Assembly: GCA_963814475.1 (NCBI GenBank)
Contig: CAWFDA010000024.1
Coordinates: 5,685 to 69,684 of the forward strand
Reading direction: 5' to 3'
From: an uncultured Bacteroidota bacterium
Lineage (GTDB): Bacteria; Bacteroidota; Bacteroidia; AKYH767-A; OLB10
DNA length: 64,000 bases
This document shows, piece after piece, positions 28,906-39,926 of this stretch. Every line of letters begins with the position of its first letter. Positions within the stretch are counted from its first letter, which is position 1. Under the pieces are notes generated by a model. That model was given only the letters and a program-made list of their open reading frames with translations, ran no database searches and had not been told where the DNA came from. Both the position numbers and the translations under genes were made by a program.

Positions 28906-29208
28906 CTACCGCTTATTCAATTTAGCAACCAATTTAGCAGAAGCCGTATCAGCATAAATACTGTAGGCATTAACTAATAAGCCTTTAAGCCCATTTTTAA
29001 TGGAAGATATAGCATACAAAATACTTTCGTTATCGACATCCGACATCTCCTGAAATCGATATATTTCATCAATTTCAAATTCATCCGGATGAAGTTGCAA
29101 ATTGTTTTCTTTGCATTCAAGACAATCGTTTTTAATGTTAAAGTTGAATGTGTAACCTCTTTGTGTTAAATCATTTATTGCTTCGGATAATGTTGTATAA
29201 CTTTTCAT
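28906..29208 (-). CDS. small hypothetical protein
   Basis: Clean ORF beginning at MKSYTTLSEAINDL. No motif recognised. Confidence 0.4.
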   Translation of the reverse strand: MKSYTTLSEAINDLTQRGYTFNFNIKNDCLECKENNLQLHPDEFEIDEIYRFQEMSDVDNESILYAISSIKNGLKGLLVNAYSIYADTASAKLVAKLNKR

Positions 29209-29279
29209 TTTCAAAACTATAAGATACAATTTTATTTTAACATAACACTACAGTTCACTCAAATCGGAATTTTTTTTAA

Positions 29280-29630
29280 TTATTTCCTCAAAATTTTCTC
29301 CATATCTCTACCTTTAGCTAATTCATCAACCAATTTATCCAAATAGCGAATTTGTTGCATGAGTTTGTCTTCAATATCTTCTACACGATAACCACAAATC
29401 ACTCCTGTAATTTTTGAAACATTGGGATTTATTTGAGGTGCTTGTGCGAAAAATGTTTCAAAACTCGTTTTATTGTCAATTAGCTTTTGTAATGATTTCT
29501 TATCGTAACCTGTAAGCCAAAAGATAATTGTGTCCAATTCGGATTTAGTGCGTCCCTTTTTTTCAACTTTATTTACATAGTGGGGATATACACTTGCAAA
29601 TGACATTTTAAAAATTCTTGTTGTTTCCAT
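29280..29630 (-). CDS. DUF2200-like protein
   Basis: The motif [34 protein letters not shown] matches my recollection of DUF2200 N-termini. Confidence 0.55.
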   Translation of the reverse strand: METTRIFKMSFASVYPHYVNKVEKKGRTKSELDTIIFWLTGYDKKSLQKLIDNKTSFETFFAQAPQINPNVSKITGVICGYRVEDIEDKLMQQIRYLDKLVDELAKGRDMEKILRK

Positions 29631-29875
29631 TTAAATAGTTAATTAGATTCACCGGATTTCAAACTACATTTATGGAGAAAAGGAGGATAACTATACCTTT
29701 TCCTACACAAATATAAATAAAATGTCTTAATCTGGATAAAATAAACCAAATAACACAGTGGTGTGATTTATTATACAAAGTGCTGCAATAATAGTATGAA
29801 TCCCAATTTTCTTCAAATATTAAGAAAAGAGCATCTCTAATCTTTAATGCTTCTCATTTAATAAAATAAAAATTT

Positions 29876-30301
29876 CTACTCTCTTTTGTTCACAGCAATT
29901 AACATTAAAAAGGCAATTAAACTCATCACACCGGCACTAATAATAAGTGGAACTTCATTCTGTAAAATACCCACAGAGAGATCACCCACAAACATTACCA
30001 AAAGGAAAATATAAGATATAGTCAACATTGAGTTTGATTTTTTAAATGTCGCAAAACCGAATATAACACCTAGTGCTACTTGTCTTACTGCCCACATGTA
30101 AAACAGGAAGTCGACTCCTTTTTCAGAATTATCAACGGTGTCTATAACTGACTCCGGTGACACCCAAAGTGAGACGCCTACTGCAATTTCAATAGTTGAA
30201 AAATACCGGATACAATAAGAATCCACATTGGTAATGTTTTTTGCTTTTCTTTCATAGTTTATTGCAGTTCCGTAATTTAAATGAATCAATTGAATTTTCA
30301 A
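29876..30301 (-). CDS. 4-TM membrane protein
   Basis: Hydrophobic profile only. Confidence 0.4.
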   Translation of the reverse strand: MKIQLIHLNYGTAINYERKAKNITNVDSYCIRYFSTIEIAVGVSLWVSPESVIDTVDNSEKGVDFLFYMWAVRQVALGVIFGFATFKKSNSMLTISYIFLLVMFVGDLSVGILQNEVPLIISAGVMSLIAFLMLIAVNKRE

Positions 30302-30385
30302 AGTACGCTATAATGAATACGCCTTTTTTATCCATAAATATTTTTAATTTAGATTTATTAAACTTAACTTTGAAACTTTTAACTA

Positions 30386-30667
30386 TTATAAAATATACAT
30401 CCACTTAATCAATAACAAAATAATAACTATTAAAATTCCGATTGAGATAACTATTTTATGGAATTGAAAGTTAAAACAGATAATCATTCCAAACAATCCA
30501 ATTGAAGCTAAAAGAGCTCCAATCAAATATGGTTTAATTTCTCTGAACACCAAATCAAATTCAGAGTAATATTGCAATCGAAATGGTTCACTGATGCAAC
30601 GAATTACAGCTAGGATAATGCTAATAATAGCGATTTTTGAAATGGTTATTTTGTTATTGCGTATCAT
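30386..30667 (-). CDS. small 3-TM membrane protein
   Basis: Hydrophobic profile only. Confidence 0.35.
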   Translation of the reverse strand: MIRNNKITISKIAIISIILAVIRCISEPFRLQYYSEFDLVFREIKPYLIGALLASIGLFGMIICFNFQFHKIVISIGILIVIILLLIKWMYIL

Positions 30668-30747
30668 GATTATATAATGTTCATTTTTTACATCGTCACA
30701 AAATCAGCATTAGCGAAATAGTCCAATGGAAAAGTATTTTGTTCTGT

Positions 30748-31248
30748 TCATTTTTTCAATTTAATAGTAACACCTTTAATGCCTTTTAGAATATTTACAA
30801 ACTCAATCAATTCACCTTCTTGGAAAGCATTTTTAGGGATAATAATGGCAGAGAAAGTGTTTTCATAAATTAAAAACCAATTATTTAATTCTACAATTTT
30901 AAATATTTTTATCCACTTAATTTCAGTGTAGAAGGATTCGCCCTGTAGTTTAATTTCGCTTGCTGTGATCTCAATTTTTAATTGTTCACTCAAATGGTTA
31001 CTCGATTTATAGTTTCGCCAAACGGTTTTAAATATTACAACCGGTTGAACAATTGTTATTAAAACCAAAGTTATAAATTGATAGATAGTTGGCTCCGGAA
31101 AAGGAAATATATTAGAATAATAACCAACAATCCACACAATCATAACAAAATCAACAAAAAGAATCAATTTCATAATTGCTTTTTTGTAAATTAATCGGAA
31201 TAGTAATTTTAAATATTTCTTAAATGAAATATTTGTTTTAATAATCAT
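30748..31248 (-). CDS. YcxB-like membrane protein (2 TM plus bPH-like domain)
   Basis: Two TM segments followed by a ~90 aa domain ending AIIIPKNAF, typical of the YcxB/bPH architecture. Confidence 0.45.
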   Translation of the reverse strand: MIIKTNISFKKYLKLLFRLIYKKAIMKLILFVDFVMIVWIVGYYSNIFPFPEPTIYQFITLVLITIVQPVVIFKTVWRNYKSSNHLSEQLKIEITASEIKLQGESFYTEIKWIKIFKIVELNNWFLIYENTFSAIIIPKNAFQEGELIEFVNILKGIKGVTIKLKK

Positions 31249-31374
31249 ATAATAGTTGTTTTTGGTAAAATAAGCACTATCTGGTTTATGGAATCATGAT
31301 CACTTAATATAATTTTTAGTGCGATATTATTGTTTGATAAGTCCAATTTATTCAATTCTCACTGTACCTAAATT

Positions 31375-31866
31375 TTACGAAAATAGTTCCTTAAATAACT
31401 GAACAACACTAAATTTTTCACGGCCAAGATTCTTACATTTTTTAGCTATTTCAGATTTTAATTCCGGATAGTTTTTGTGATAAAATTCAGAAAGTTTTAT
31501 GATTTTTTGTCCATTTTTGAAGATGTATAAATATTCATAATCTTTATATTCCGATGGTAAAACACAAATTTTATAACCCTCCACTTCCGAAAAGAAAAAT
31601 ACATTTTTATTGCCAAGGCCTTGATAATTTCTCACACTTATACGATCACTTTCAATTGCAATTTTTATAATCTTCGTCCTCATCTCACCCCAAACAAGCC
31701 AAACGAACATTAAAAAAATAAACAATAAAATTATTGCAAATGCTATAGCCGAATCATCTGCTACATTCCCGGTAAAAACAAAAATTGAGGCTGTCAAAAG
31801 AATAAGTAACCCCAAACAAAAGTTGATGGTAAGTATTGTTAATGGTTTAAATTTTGATTGTATCAT
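31375..31866 (-). CDS. membrane protein (2 TM plus small cytoplasmic domain)
   Basis: Same architecture as 30748..31248. Confidence 0.4.
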   Translation of the reverse strand: MIQSKFKPLTILTINFCLGLLILLTASIFVFTGNVADDSAIAFAIILLFIFLMFVWLVWGEMRTKIIKIAIESDRISVRNYQGLGNKNVFFFSEVEGYKICVLPSEYKDYEYLYIFKNGQKIIKLSEFYHKNYPELKSEIAKKCKNLGREKFSVVQLFKELFS

Positions 31867-32447
31867 GAGGATGTAAATAGATTTATAAATTATTCGGAAA
31901 AATAATGCAAAATTAAATTTATCTTCAACAAATGATTCAATTGTTTAAAGATAAAAATTATAATTGGAGCAACTTTGTTCATTATAAACTTATTTATTAT
32001 CAAAAATGTGTTTGAGTTAAGTTTATCCGTGTCGTTCTTTTAATTGCGGATGGATTCCAACTTTCGAAAGTAAAGAAGATTTTGCATAGTACCAAAAACC
32101 AGTGAGTTCCGATTTTACAGAATCTCCGTTTTGAAAGGAATATTCAAAGGCGTTGATATTCAATATATTGCAGACAAGCCATTTCTATTGAATCTGAGCT
32201 TTACGCTTATTCTATTTCCTATACTGTATTTATATAGGTTGGGATAAATGATTCTGTCTATGGGTCAAAAGTGATCTTAAAACCTTTAATCCAATTTGCC
32301 AAAAGCGATTAAATTTTAATACAATTTCGCCAGTATTTAACTATTGGTGCATCTTTCTTTAAGGAACTTGCGTCATATAGATAGCGAACCAATCATTTTT
32401 ATATATATTCCAAACTTATTTTAATTTTTAAACCACCGATTAAATTT

Positions 32448-34643
32448 ATGGTAAAAAGAATATTGTACATAATTTTATTTGCAATTGGAATAGCAAACAC
32501 AACAAATGCTTCTCATATAGTTGGTGGATATATTAATTATGAATATACCGGAACCGGAACAGATTATAAATTTCGTATCAAATTATATCGCGATTGCGGT
32601 GGCATCTCTGCCCCTTCTGCTGTTATTCTTAATTTTTCCAGTGTTTCTTGCGGGTTGAATTTCACAAATATTTTAACTTTGGTCGATTCCTCACAAATTC
32701 CGACGAATAGTTGTGCTGGTTTTGCACCTTCTTATTGTCAGGGAGGAACCATTTTTGGCTATGAGGAATATATTTTTGAGTCCATTATCAACGTTCCACC
32801 CTGCTCCGATTGGGTTGTAAATTATAACATCTGTTGTCGCAATGGAGATGTAACAAATGTTATTAATCCTGATTCATACTCCATGCATGTTGAAACGACT
32901 TTCAACAATTTAGATTTCCCAGGGAACAGTTCTCCTCAATTTAATACAACACCTATAAGCTATTATTGTGTAGGAGTTCCTTCTTTTAAAGACTATAGTG
33001 CCATTGATGTTGACGGCGATTCACTTCATTACGAATTTGTACCAATCCTATCAGAGCCTAACATTTATATACCCTTTAAATCGGGGTATACTTATAATCA
33101 GCCGCTGGCTGTAAATAATACTACCGTACTGAACGAAGGTAATGGAATGATGTCGTTTACACCTTCCATGCTGCAACTTTCATTGTTGGCAATTCAAGTG
33201 AGTGAATATCGAAATGGTGCACTGATTGGCACAATAAGAGTTGACGATGAAATTATTGTGGCCAATGGAATCGTAAATCCGGATACTATTAGTGGCAGAG
33301 TGTATATTGATTTTAATTCCAATCAAGTTTTCGACTTAGGAGACGAGGCAGTTTCGGGAACTATTGTGGAGATGAATCCGGGGAATGTCATTACCTCAAC
33401 GGCAATTGATGGAAAATACAATTTCTATATTGTTAATGGCACATGGAATATTTCAATTCCAAACCTGCCACTTTATACATATTCAACTACTTCATCAATT
33501 AATTTAAACTCCAACACCTTCACGTCTTCATTGAACAACGATTTCATTGTTGATGTTGTGCAAAATATGAATGATCTTGAAATTTATCTTAATCAAGTCG
33601 GAAGTCCAATACCGGGAAACACATATCCGCTACACATCACATACAAGAATACTGGAACTGTTGTTCATACAAATGTAGAAGTCACCATTACTCTTGATCC
33701 ACTTTTCCAATTTGTGAATTCAATTCCTACACCTACAACTGTTTTTGGCAATACGTTAACTTATACCATTCCTTTACTTCAGGCTTTTAATTCCGGGAAT
33801 ATCCAAATAAATACCACAGTAAACACATCGGCTTCAATAGGCACACCGGTATTCTGTTCAGCGAATATCACACCTCTAATAAATGATCTTACTCCGGGAA
33901 ACAATTCTGATATTTTAAGTGATACCATTATCGTTTCATGTGATCCGAATTTTAAAGAAGTTTTTCCAAATGGAGATGTGGAGCTATCATTTATTGCAGC
34001 ACAAAATTGGCTTACGTATACAATTCATTTTCAAAATTTAGGAACCGCACCTGCACAGATAATCCGAATCCAAGACTTCTTAGATCATGATCTTGAAATT
34101 TCATCATTGGAACTCATTGCTACGAGCTTTCCGTGTACTCAGTCGATAAAAAGTCCCAATTTACTTGAATTTGAATTTAATGGCATCAACCTTCCGGCAG
34201 CAATAGTTAACGAGCCCGCCAGTCATGGTTTTGTAGAATATCGTATTCGTCCAAAGTCCACGCTGGTGTCCGGAAATTTAATTACCAACGGCGCAGGAAT
34301 ATATTTCGACTTTAATTCCCCCATCTATACAAATATAGTGCATAACCGAGTGGTGACAACTGTAGGTGTTGCTGAAAATAATATTGAATATGATCCAATC
34401 GCGATTTATCCAAACCCATCATCTACTTATTGCACACTTGAAATAAACAGTATAGATTCGCACAACTTGCAAATTGAAATTTATAATATTCTTGGAACAT
34501 TGTTGAATACATTTGGTCAGGAAGTATCGGCAGGATTAAATCTTATAAATATACAAACGAATGACTTTTCAGCAGGAATATATTTTATCTTTGTAAAAGA
34601 TCAATCAAGGAAGCAAATTTTAAAATTTAGTGTTGTACGGTAG
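32448..34643 (+). CDS. large T9SS type-A sorting domain protein with DUF11-like repeats
   Basis: N-terminal SHIVGGYINYEY...YRDCGG motif and internal conserved-repeat-like segments. The C-terminus reads IYPNPSSTYCTLEI ... GIYFIFVKD. Confidence 0.75.
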   Translation: MVKRILYIILFAIGIANTTNASHIVGGYINYEYTGTGTDYKFRIKLYRDCGGISAPSAVILNFSSVSCGLNFTNILTLVDSSQIPTNSCAGFAPSYCQGGTIFGYEEYIFESIINVPPCSDWVVNYNICCRNGDVTNVINPDSYSMHVETTFNNLDFPGNSSPQFNTTPISYYCVGVPSFKDYSAIDVDGDSLHYEFVPILSEPNIYIPFKSGYTYNQPLAVNNTTVLNEGNGMMSFTPSMLQLSLLAIQVSEYRNGALIGTIRVDDEIIVANGIVNPDTISGRVYIDFNSNQVFDLGDEAVSGTIVEMNPGNVITSTAIDGKYNFYIVNGTWNISIPNLPLYTYSTTSSINLNSNTFTSSLNNDFIVDVVQNMNDLEIYLNQVGSPIPGNTYPLHITYKNTGTVVHTNVEVTITLDPLFQFVNSIPTPTTVFGNTLTYTIPLLQAFNSGNIQINTTVNTSASIGTPVFCSANITPLINDLTPGNNSDILSDTIIVSCDPNFKEVFPNGDVELSFIAAQNWLTYTIHFQNLGTAPAQIIRIQDFLDHDLEISSLELIATSFPCTQSIKSPNLLEFEFNGINLPAAIVNEPASHGFVEYRIRPKSTLVSGNLITNGAGIYFDFNSPIYTNIVHNRVVTTVGVAENNIEYDPIAIYPNPSSTYCTLEINSIDSHNLQIEIYNILGTLLNTFGQEVSAGLNLINIQTNDFSAGIYFIFVKDQSRKQILKFSVVR

Positions 34644-35283
34644 AGAGTATTAATTAATTGAAAACAAGATTAGTTTTGAATTAGCTTTCAACTTTAAAAT
34701 AAAGATTTAAAATAGCTCCGTACAAGTTGATTGAAAAACAGATTAACTATTAAAATGAATATTGCATGGGCAGAGTATATTTCCCAAGTATGGCTGTATT
34801 GTTTTAGTAGGTATTTGTTAATTAATTAAAATCTAAAGCTCCATATTCTGCATTGAGTGAATTCATCTAAAATCTATTTCCCACTCCAACAAACATTGAT
34901 ACTAGGCAAGTATTATGATTTTCTACCTCAACTTCAGGCGCATGTTCTTAATGGAGACAAATCCGGATCAAATGAACCTACAAATAACTACCGAATGACG
35001 GATCAAATTAACGGGAATATTGAAAAAACTAACAGATACATGATTGAAGGTATTATGTAAACAAATAGGGAGCAGGTTCCACAAAAGTATAAAGTCACAC
35101 CAAATCAAAATACTAATTATGAACAAAATGGTTTTGGGCCGATTTGTAAATTTTAAATTGTTTACCTTGAAACAACATCACAGTTTCGAATAAGCTACTT
35201 TTGATCAATCCTGTATCAATACTACTATACCAACTCAGTATGCAACTGTATATAATTTAATAATTTCAATCTCATTTATAAGC

Positions 35284-36177
35284 ATGAATAAACTTATTTC
35301 AGTATTGTTGTTTAGTTTGTGTGTTACCATTACAAGTGCTCAGGATTTAGAGCCTAGAGCATATTCAAACGTGCCAAAAGGAACCAAAGCAATAGCGTTG
35401 GTTTATGGATATTCTTTTGGAAATGTATTAACGGATCCTGCTTTGCCCATCAAAGATTTCAAATTAAAAGCACACATTGTTGGATTAGGTTATGTTCACA
35501 CTTTTGCATTGGCAAAAAAACTTGCACGAGTTCAAATAGTTTTACCTTATTCTTACCTTTCAGGAAAGGCTCAGTTCAAAGGTATGGATACAACCGGAGT
35601 ACGTAATGGATTTGGCGACACCCGCATTCGTCTTGGTATAAATTTATTTGGCTCCCCTGCTTTGGAGATGAAGGATTTTAAAAATTATAAACAAAAAATG
35701 ATCATAGGAACAAGCATTGTTGTTTCTGTGCCTAACGGACTTTATTATAGAGAAAAATTGGTAAACTTAGGCAGTAACCGTTGGGGCTTTAAACCGGAAA
35801 TAGGCATCTCAAAAAGGTTTGAAAGGTTTTATGCCGAAGCGTATTCAGGTGTATGGTTTTACACAAACAATGATCAATACTTGGAAGATAAAACTTTGAG
35901 TCAGAAACCTGTATTAAGTTTGCAAGCGCATTTGTGTTACTATCTGAAAAATCAAGCGTGGGTAGGTATTAATGGAAATTGGTTTAATGGGGGTGCAACA
36001 ATTGTTGATGGAAAAACAATAGGTGATCTCAGAGATAACTGGCGTCTTGGTGCTACTGTGTCGATGCCTATCGCAAAAGTGCATTCCATTAAGCTTCAGT
36101 TTCATACAGGAGCATTTACCGACACGGGGTATGATTACGATTTAATAACATTAGGATATCAGTATCTGTTCTTTTGA
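35284..36177 (+). CDS. outer-membrane transporter-like beta-barrel (MetA-pathway/phenol-degradation-like family)
   Basis: Signal peptide, DLEPRAYSNVPKG N-terminus, and a C-terminal aromatic residue (YLFF). Confidence 0.55.
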   Translation: MNKLISVLLFSLCVTITSAQDLEPRAYSNVPKGTKAIALVYGYSFGNVLTDPALPIKDFKLKAHIVGLGYVHTFALAKKLARVQIVLPYSYLSGKAQFKGMDTTGVRNGFGDTRIRLGINLFGSPALEMKDFKNYKQKMIIGTSIVVSVPNGLYYREKLVNLGSNRWGFKPEIGISKRFERFYAEAYSGVWFYTNNDQYLEDKTLSQKPVLSLQAHLCYYLKNQAWVGINGNWFNGGATIVDGKTIGDLRDNWRLGATVSMPIAKVHSIKLQFHTGAFTDTGYDYDLITLGYQYLFF

Positions 36178-36194
36178 ATACTCATACTTTTCTG

Positions 36195-36992
36195 TCATTT
36201 TAATATTTCATTAATTTGCTTATTCAATTCATCAATTTGACTGTTATATTTATCTGTATCCTCTTGCACTGCCAATTTTATTAGATTGAATGAATCTATT
36301 CTCAACAAAGAATATTTTTTTAATTTTTCATTTTGAATTTTTAGGTCGGAATAAATATTTTCCATAGCAGTCAATTCATCTAACAGTTTGATGTTCTCCT
36401 TCCAAGCAGGAATTCCAACGTTATCAATATGTGAGAGTACTTCATCTCCACTGCCCTTATCAATCAAAGAAAATAATTGCAATGCCGTTTCTTCATTTTT
36501 GGTAAAAGTTGCAATGCCTTCATCATATTTGGCAGCGTCAAAATTATCGGGAACGAAATATGCCAACCCAAAAATGCCACCAAACAAAACTATCATAGAC
36601 CCTGCTCCGATAATTGTTGCCTTCCATGCAGAGTAAAAAGGTCTCTTATTTTCTTTGTGCTCCTTTATAGCTGAGCCTTGAACTTTTTCGATTACCAAGT
36701 ATATGATTCCGGTATAAATAAATGGAATAACTGCATTAGGTACTTTATCCATAAACTCTTCAGGGATAGAAAATACTGCAGCAAATAAAAGCAGTGTTGA
36801 AATAATACCTATTAATAAGGCCCAATGTCCTAAGTCTTTTTTCCCAAGATTAATAAAATTTTGCCTTGCTAAGATTCCGGCAGCTAAAGGACCACCAAAA
36901 TAAGTTGCTATTGAGATGGCACGTTGAGAGTACAACTCAAAATTATTTTTTGGGATCTCCTTAGCATTATGCAACGATTGATTTTCCATCAT
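36195..36992 (-). CDS. membrane protein with C-terminal coiled-coil region
   Basis: Four to five TM segments followed by a charged helical tail. No family recognised. Confidence 0.4.
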   Translation of the reverse strand: MMENQSLHNAKEIPKNNFELYSQRAISIATYFGGPLAAGILARQNFINLGKKDLGHWALLIGIISTLLLFAAVFSIPEEFMDKVPNAVIPFIYTGIIYLVIEKVQGSAIKEHKENKRPFYSAWKATIIGAGSMIVLFGGIFGLAYFVPDNFDAAKYDEGIATFTKNEETALQLFSLIDKGSGDEVLSHIDNVGIPAWKENIKLLDELTAMENIYSDLKIQNEKLKKYSLLRIDSFNLIKLAVQEDTDKYNSQIDELNKQINEILK

Positions 36993-37035
36993 ATATATTT
37001 TTAAATAAATTGAATGTTAAATTATTTCAATCCTT

Positions 37036-38727
37036 TTATTGTTGTTTGGTAATATTTATGGATGATTTCATTATGGCTTCTTCCACCAAATCGTTTACAG
37101 AAACAAATCGACTTATTTGTCCCAGCATTTCTTCCAGATTTTCAGAACGCAATTTATCTCGCACTTCAGATCGCGCTTCAGCTATATTTAGTTGAATACC
37201 TTTGTTTGCTAAATCGGTAAACAGTCTTTTTAAAAATCGAGCTCCTGCAATATCAATCCTCGGGGTAGAATTAAAATCCATAATTACAGTTTTAACATTT
37301 CCTACCTCAGATAATTTTAACATTATTTCATTGCGCACATTATCCGCATTAAAATAAAGTATTGCAGATTCAACTCTTACAATCAGAACCTCGGGAATAA
37401 TTTCGTTATCGGCATGGCGAGCCCTATCTGAATAACGATTGGTGCCGGGAATTCTTCCTAAAAATGCAACATACGGATTTGATGTTGCCTTAATTAACAT
37501 TACCAACGTGGCAATTGCAGCAAGTAACACGCCTTTAAGTATTCCCAAAACAATAACTCCGATAAGTGCTATCAATGCAACAATAAACTCCGTTTTGTCA
37601 ATTTTATATAAATGTTTGAGTTCCTTTAAATCAAATAATCCTCTGATAGCTACAAGAACGATTGCAGCAAGAATCACAGAGGGTAAATTTTCGAGATATC
37701 CTGTCAAAAACAGTAAACATAGTCCGATAGTAACTGAAGCTATTATTAATGACAAAGGAGTTTTTGCGCCGGCTGAATCATTTACAGATGATTGTGACAA
37801 TCCTCCAGCAACCGGGTACCCGTTTCCGAATGCAACTGCAGCATTTGCAACACCCAGTGCAATCAATTCCTGTCGTGGATCAACATCATATCCATTTTTT
37901 TGTGATAATGTTCTTGCAGCAGAAACACTTTCTATGTAGGACAATAAGAAACAAGCCAATGCAAGTGGAATTACCCCGTCAACATCCTGGATACGAAGTG
38001 TTGGCACATGAAATGCAGGCAATCCGGAAGGGATTATTCCAACTATACTAAATCCCATCAATCCAAAAGGTGTTGCAGAAATTAGTAAAATGGAAATTAC
38101 TACTACTACAATAGCGATCGGTTTACCAGGAAGGAATTTTTCGCCGGCAATTAAAATAATTATTGCAACTATTCCAAAGAGCAAAATGTTACTATTTGTT
38201 TCAGGAATTTGTTGAACGAGTACACCAACACGTTCAAAAAAATTATCCCCTCCTCCTTTTACGCCGAATAATTTTGGTAATTGTGTTAACCCGATAGTCA
38301 AACAAGCTCCTGCCTTAAAGCCGACCAACACCGTTTCGCTAATAAAATTTATGATGCCACTTAACCGTAGAAAATATGCAAGTATTGCTATCACTGAAAA
38401 TACTAAAGCAGTGAGTGATGCAATGTCTACCCATCGTTGCATATCACCGTTAGCCATCGTTGCAACAGTTGTTCCTATCAATAGCGAAATTGCTGAAGTC
38501 GGACCGATAGCAAGTTGTTTTCCAGTACCTAACAATGCATAAAACAAACCGCCTAAAAGGTAGCCATAAATTCCAAATTGAGGAGGTAATCCTGCAATAG
38601 TAGCATATGCCATTGAAACAGGAATTCCATATGCAGCAAGCGTTACACCGGCTGCCAAATCACCTTTCAGCAGTTTTGTATTGTAGTTGGGAAGCCATTG
38701 AAAGATCGGAAAATGTTTTTTCCACAT
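37036..38727 (-). CDS. SulP-family anion (sulfate) permease with STAS domain
   Basis: N-terminus WLPNYNTKLLKGDLAAGVT, a polytopic core, and a C-terminal STAS domain (VLIVRVESAILYFNA ... DFNSTPRIDIAGA). Confidence 0.85.
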   Translation of the reverse strand: MWKKHFPIFQWLPNYNTKLLKGDLAAGVTLAAYGIPVSMAYATIAGLPPQFGIYGYLLGGLFYALLGTGKQLAIGPTSAISLLIGTTVATMANGDMQRWVDIASLTALVFSVIAILAYFLRLSGIINFISETVLVGFKAGACLTIGLTQLPKLFGVKGGGDNFFERVGVLVQQIPETNSNILLFGIVAIIILIAGEKFLPGKPIAIVVVVISILLISATPFGLMGFSIVGIIPSGLPAFHVPTLRIQDVDGVIPLALACFLLSYIESVSAARTLSQKNGYDVDPRQELIALGVANAAVAFGNGYPVAGGLSQSSVNDSAGAKTPLSLIIASVTIGLCLLFLTGYLENLPSVILAAIVLVAIRGLFDLKELKHLYKIDKTEFIVALIALIGVIVLGILKGVLLAAIATLVMLIKATSNPYVAFLGRIPGTNRYSDRARHADNEIIPEVLIVRVESAILYFNADNVRNEIMLKLSEVGNVKTVIMDFNSTPRIDIAGARFLKRLFTDLANKGIQLNIAEARSEVRDKLRSENLEEMLGQISRFVSVNDLVEEAIMKSSINITKQQ

Positions 38728-38746
38728 ATTTCAAAAATAGATTAAT

Positions 38747-39772
38747 TTAATTTTCTTCATCCAGCAGTGCTTTTTTCACTGCTTGTAATTCTGCGATTTT
38801 TTCTTGACTCACTTTTGGATATTCCAATCCTAATCCATCCATTGCATTTATAATTGCAGAAGCAATTGCAATTCGGGCATACGATTTAACATCGGCAGGG
38901 ATTACATACCATGGAGCGTTTTCTGTAGAGGTATTGATGATCATTTCCTCATAAGCTTTCATGTAATCTTTCCAATATCCGCGTTCACGTGCATCGGCAG
39001 GACTAAATTTCCAATTTTTATCCGGATTGTCAACTCGTTCAATAAAACGCTTTTTCTGCTCTTTTTTTGAAACGTTCAGAAAAAATTTAAGAACTATGGT
39101 TCCATTTCGATGCAAGTATTTCTCAAAATTGCGAATATCCTCATACCTTTCTTCCCAAATATCTTTAGTAATTAATTCCTGAGGCAGTTTTTGTGATTTT
39201 AATATCTGGTCATGAACACGTACTACCAATACTTCTTCGTAATAAGAACGATTAAAAATTCCTATTCGTCCTCGTTCAGGTAAATGTTTTGTGCAACGCC
39301 ACATAAAATCATGATCCAAATCTTCTGAAGTTGGAGCTTTAAATGAGGATACCTGACAACCTTGTGGATTTATTCCCGACATCACATGTTTAATAGCTCC
39401 ATCTTTACCAGCTGCATCCATTGCCTGAAAAATTAGAAGAACAGACCATTTATCCTGTGCATACAAAACTTCCTGCATGGTTGCTAATGCATCCACACCT
39501 AATTGCAAGGTTTCCTTTACTAAAGGTTTGTCTTCAGCACCTAAATCAAAATTTGGTTCGGTATTGTAATCCTTTAGGCTGAATTTTTTCCCATCACCAA
39601 CGTAGTATTTCTTTGAGAACTCTTTTGCCCGGTTAATAAGCTCCTTCTTACTTACAGACTCTAATTCAGCCATTTTATCAACAGCCTCTCTTTTAGATTT
39701 TTCTTTTTTGTTTGACTTTTCTTTTTTGTTTAACTTTTCTTTTTTGTTTGACTTTGATTTATCTTTTGCCAT
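38747..39772 (-). CDS. ppk2: polyphosphate kinase 2 (PPK2) family protein with a Lys-rich repeat N-terminal extension
   Basis: Walker A-like QAMDAAGKDG and the FNRSYYEEVLVVRVH lid region. The N-terminus carries KSNKKEK-type repeats. Confidence 0.8.
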   Translation of the reverse strand: MAKDKSKSNKKEKLNKKEKSNKKEKSKREAVDKMAELESVSKKELINRAKEFSKKYYVGDGKKFSLKDYNTEPNFDLGAEDKPLVKETLQLGVDALATMQEVLYAQDKWSVLLIFQAMDAAGKDGAIKHVMSGINPQGCQVSSFKAPTSEDLDHDFMWRCTKHLPERGRIGIFNRSYYEEVLVVRVHDQILKSQKLPQELITKDIWEERYEDIRNFEKYLHRNGTIVLKFFLNVSKKEQKKRFIERVDNPDKNWKFSPADARERGYWKDYMKAYEEMIINTSTENAPWYVIPADVKSYARIAIASAIINAMDGLGLEYPKVSQEKIAELQAVKKALLDEEN

Positions 39773-39926
39773 AAGTATAGGTATTAAAATATATTTCTTT
39801 GAATATGTTGATATAGAATATAAATAATTTTTTACAATACTACTAACTCCTTAAATAATTTAACAATCACTATTGACCGAAAAAAATAGATTAATAACTT
39901 TACATAGGAGACATTTTGCCAGTTAA

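Noticed and set aside
31900-32447. A 550-bp non-coding gap that might hold a degraded outer-membrane protein gene or an RNA.
   Set aside because: Only short, stop-interrupted beta-strand-like translations are visible on the minus strand. I found no conserved motif or convincing secondary structure.
37439-38542. Plus-strand ORFs 37439..37939, 37749..38051 and 38351..38542.
   Set aside because: They are antisense to the well-supported SulP permease gene and have no motifs.
39690-39775. Short direct repeats looked like a mini CRISPR or other non-coding array.
   Set aside because: They are in frame within the PPK2 ORF and encode KSNKKEK repeats. There are no spacers of unique sequence.
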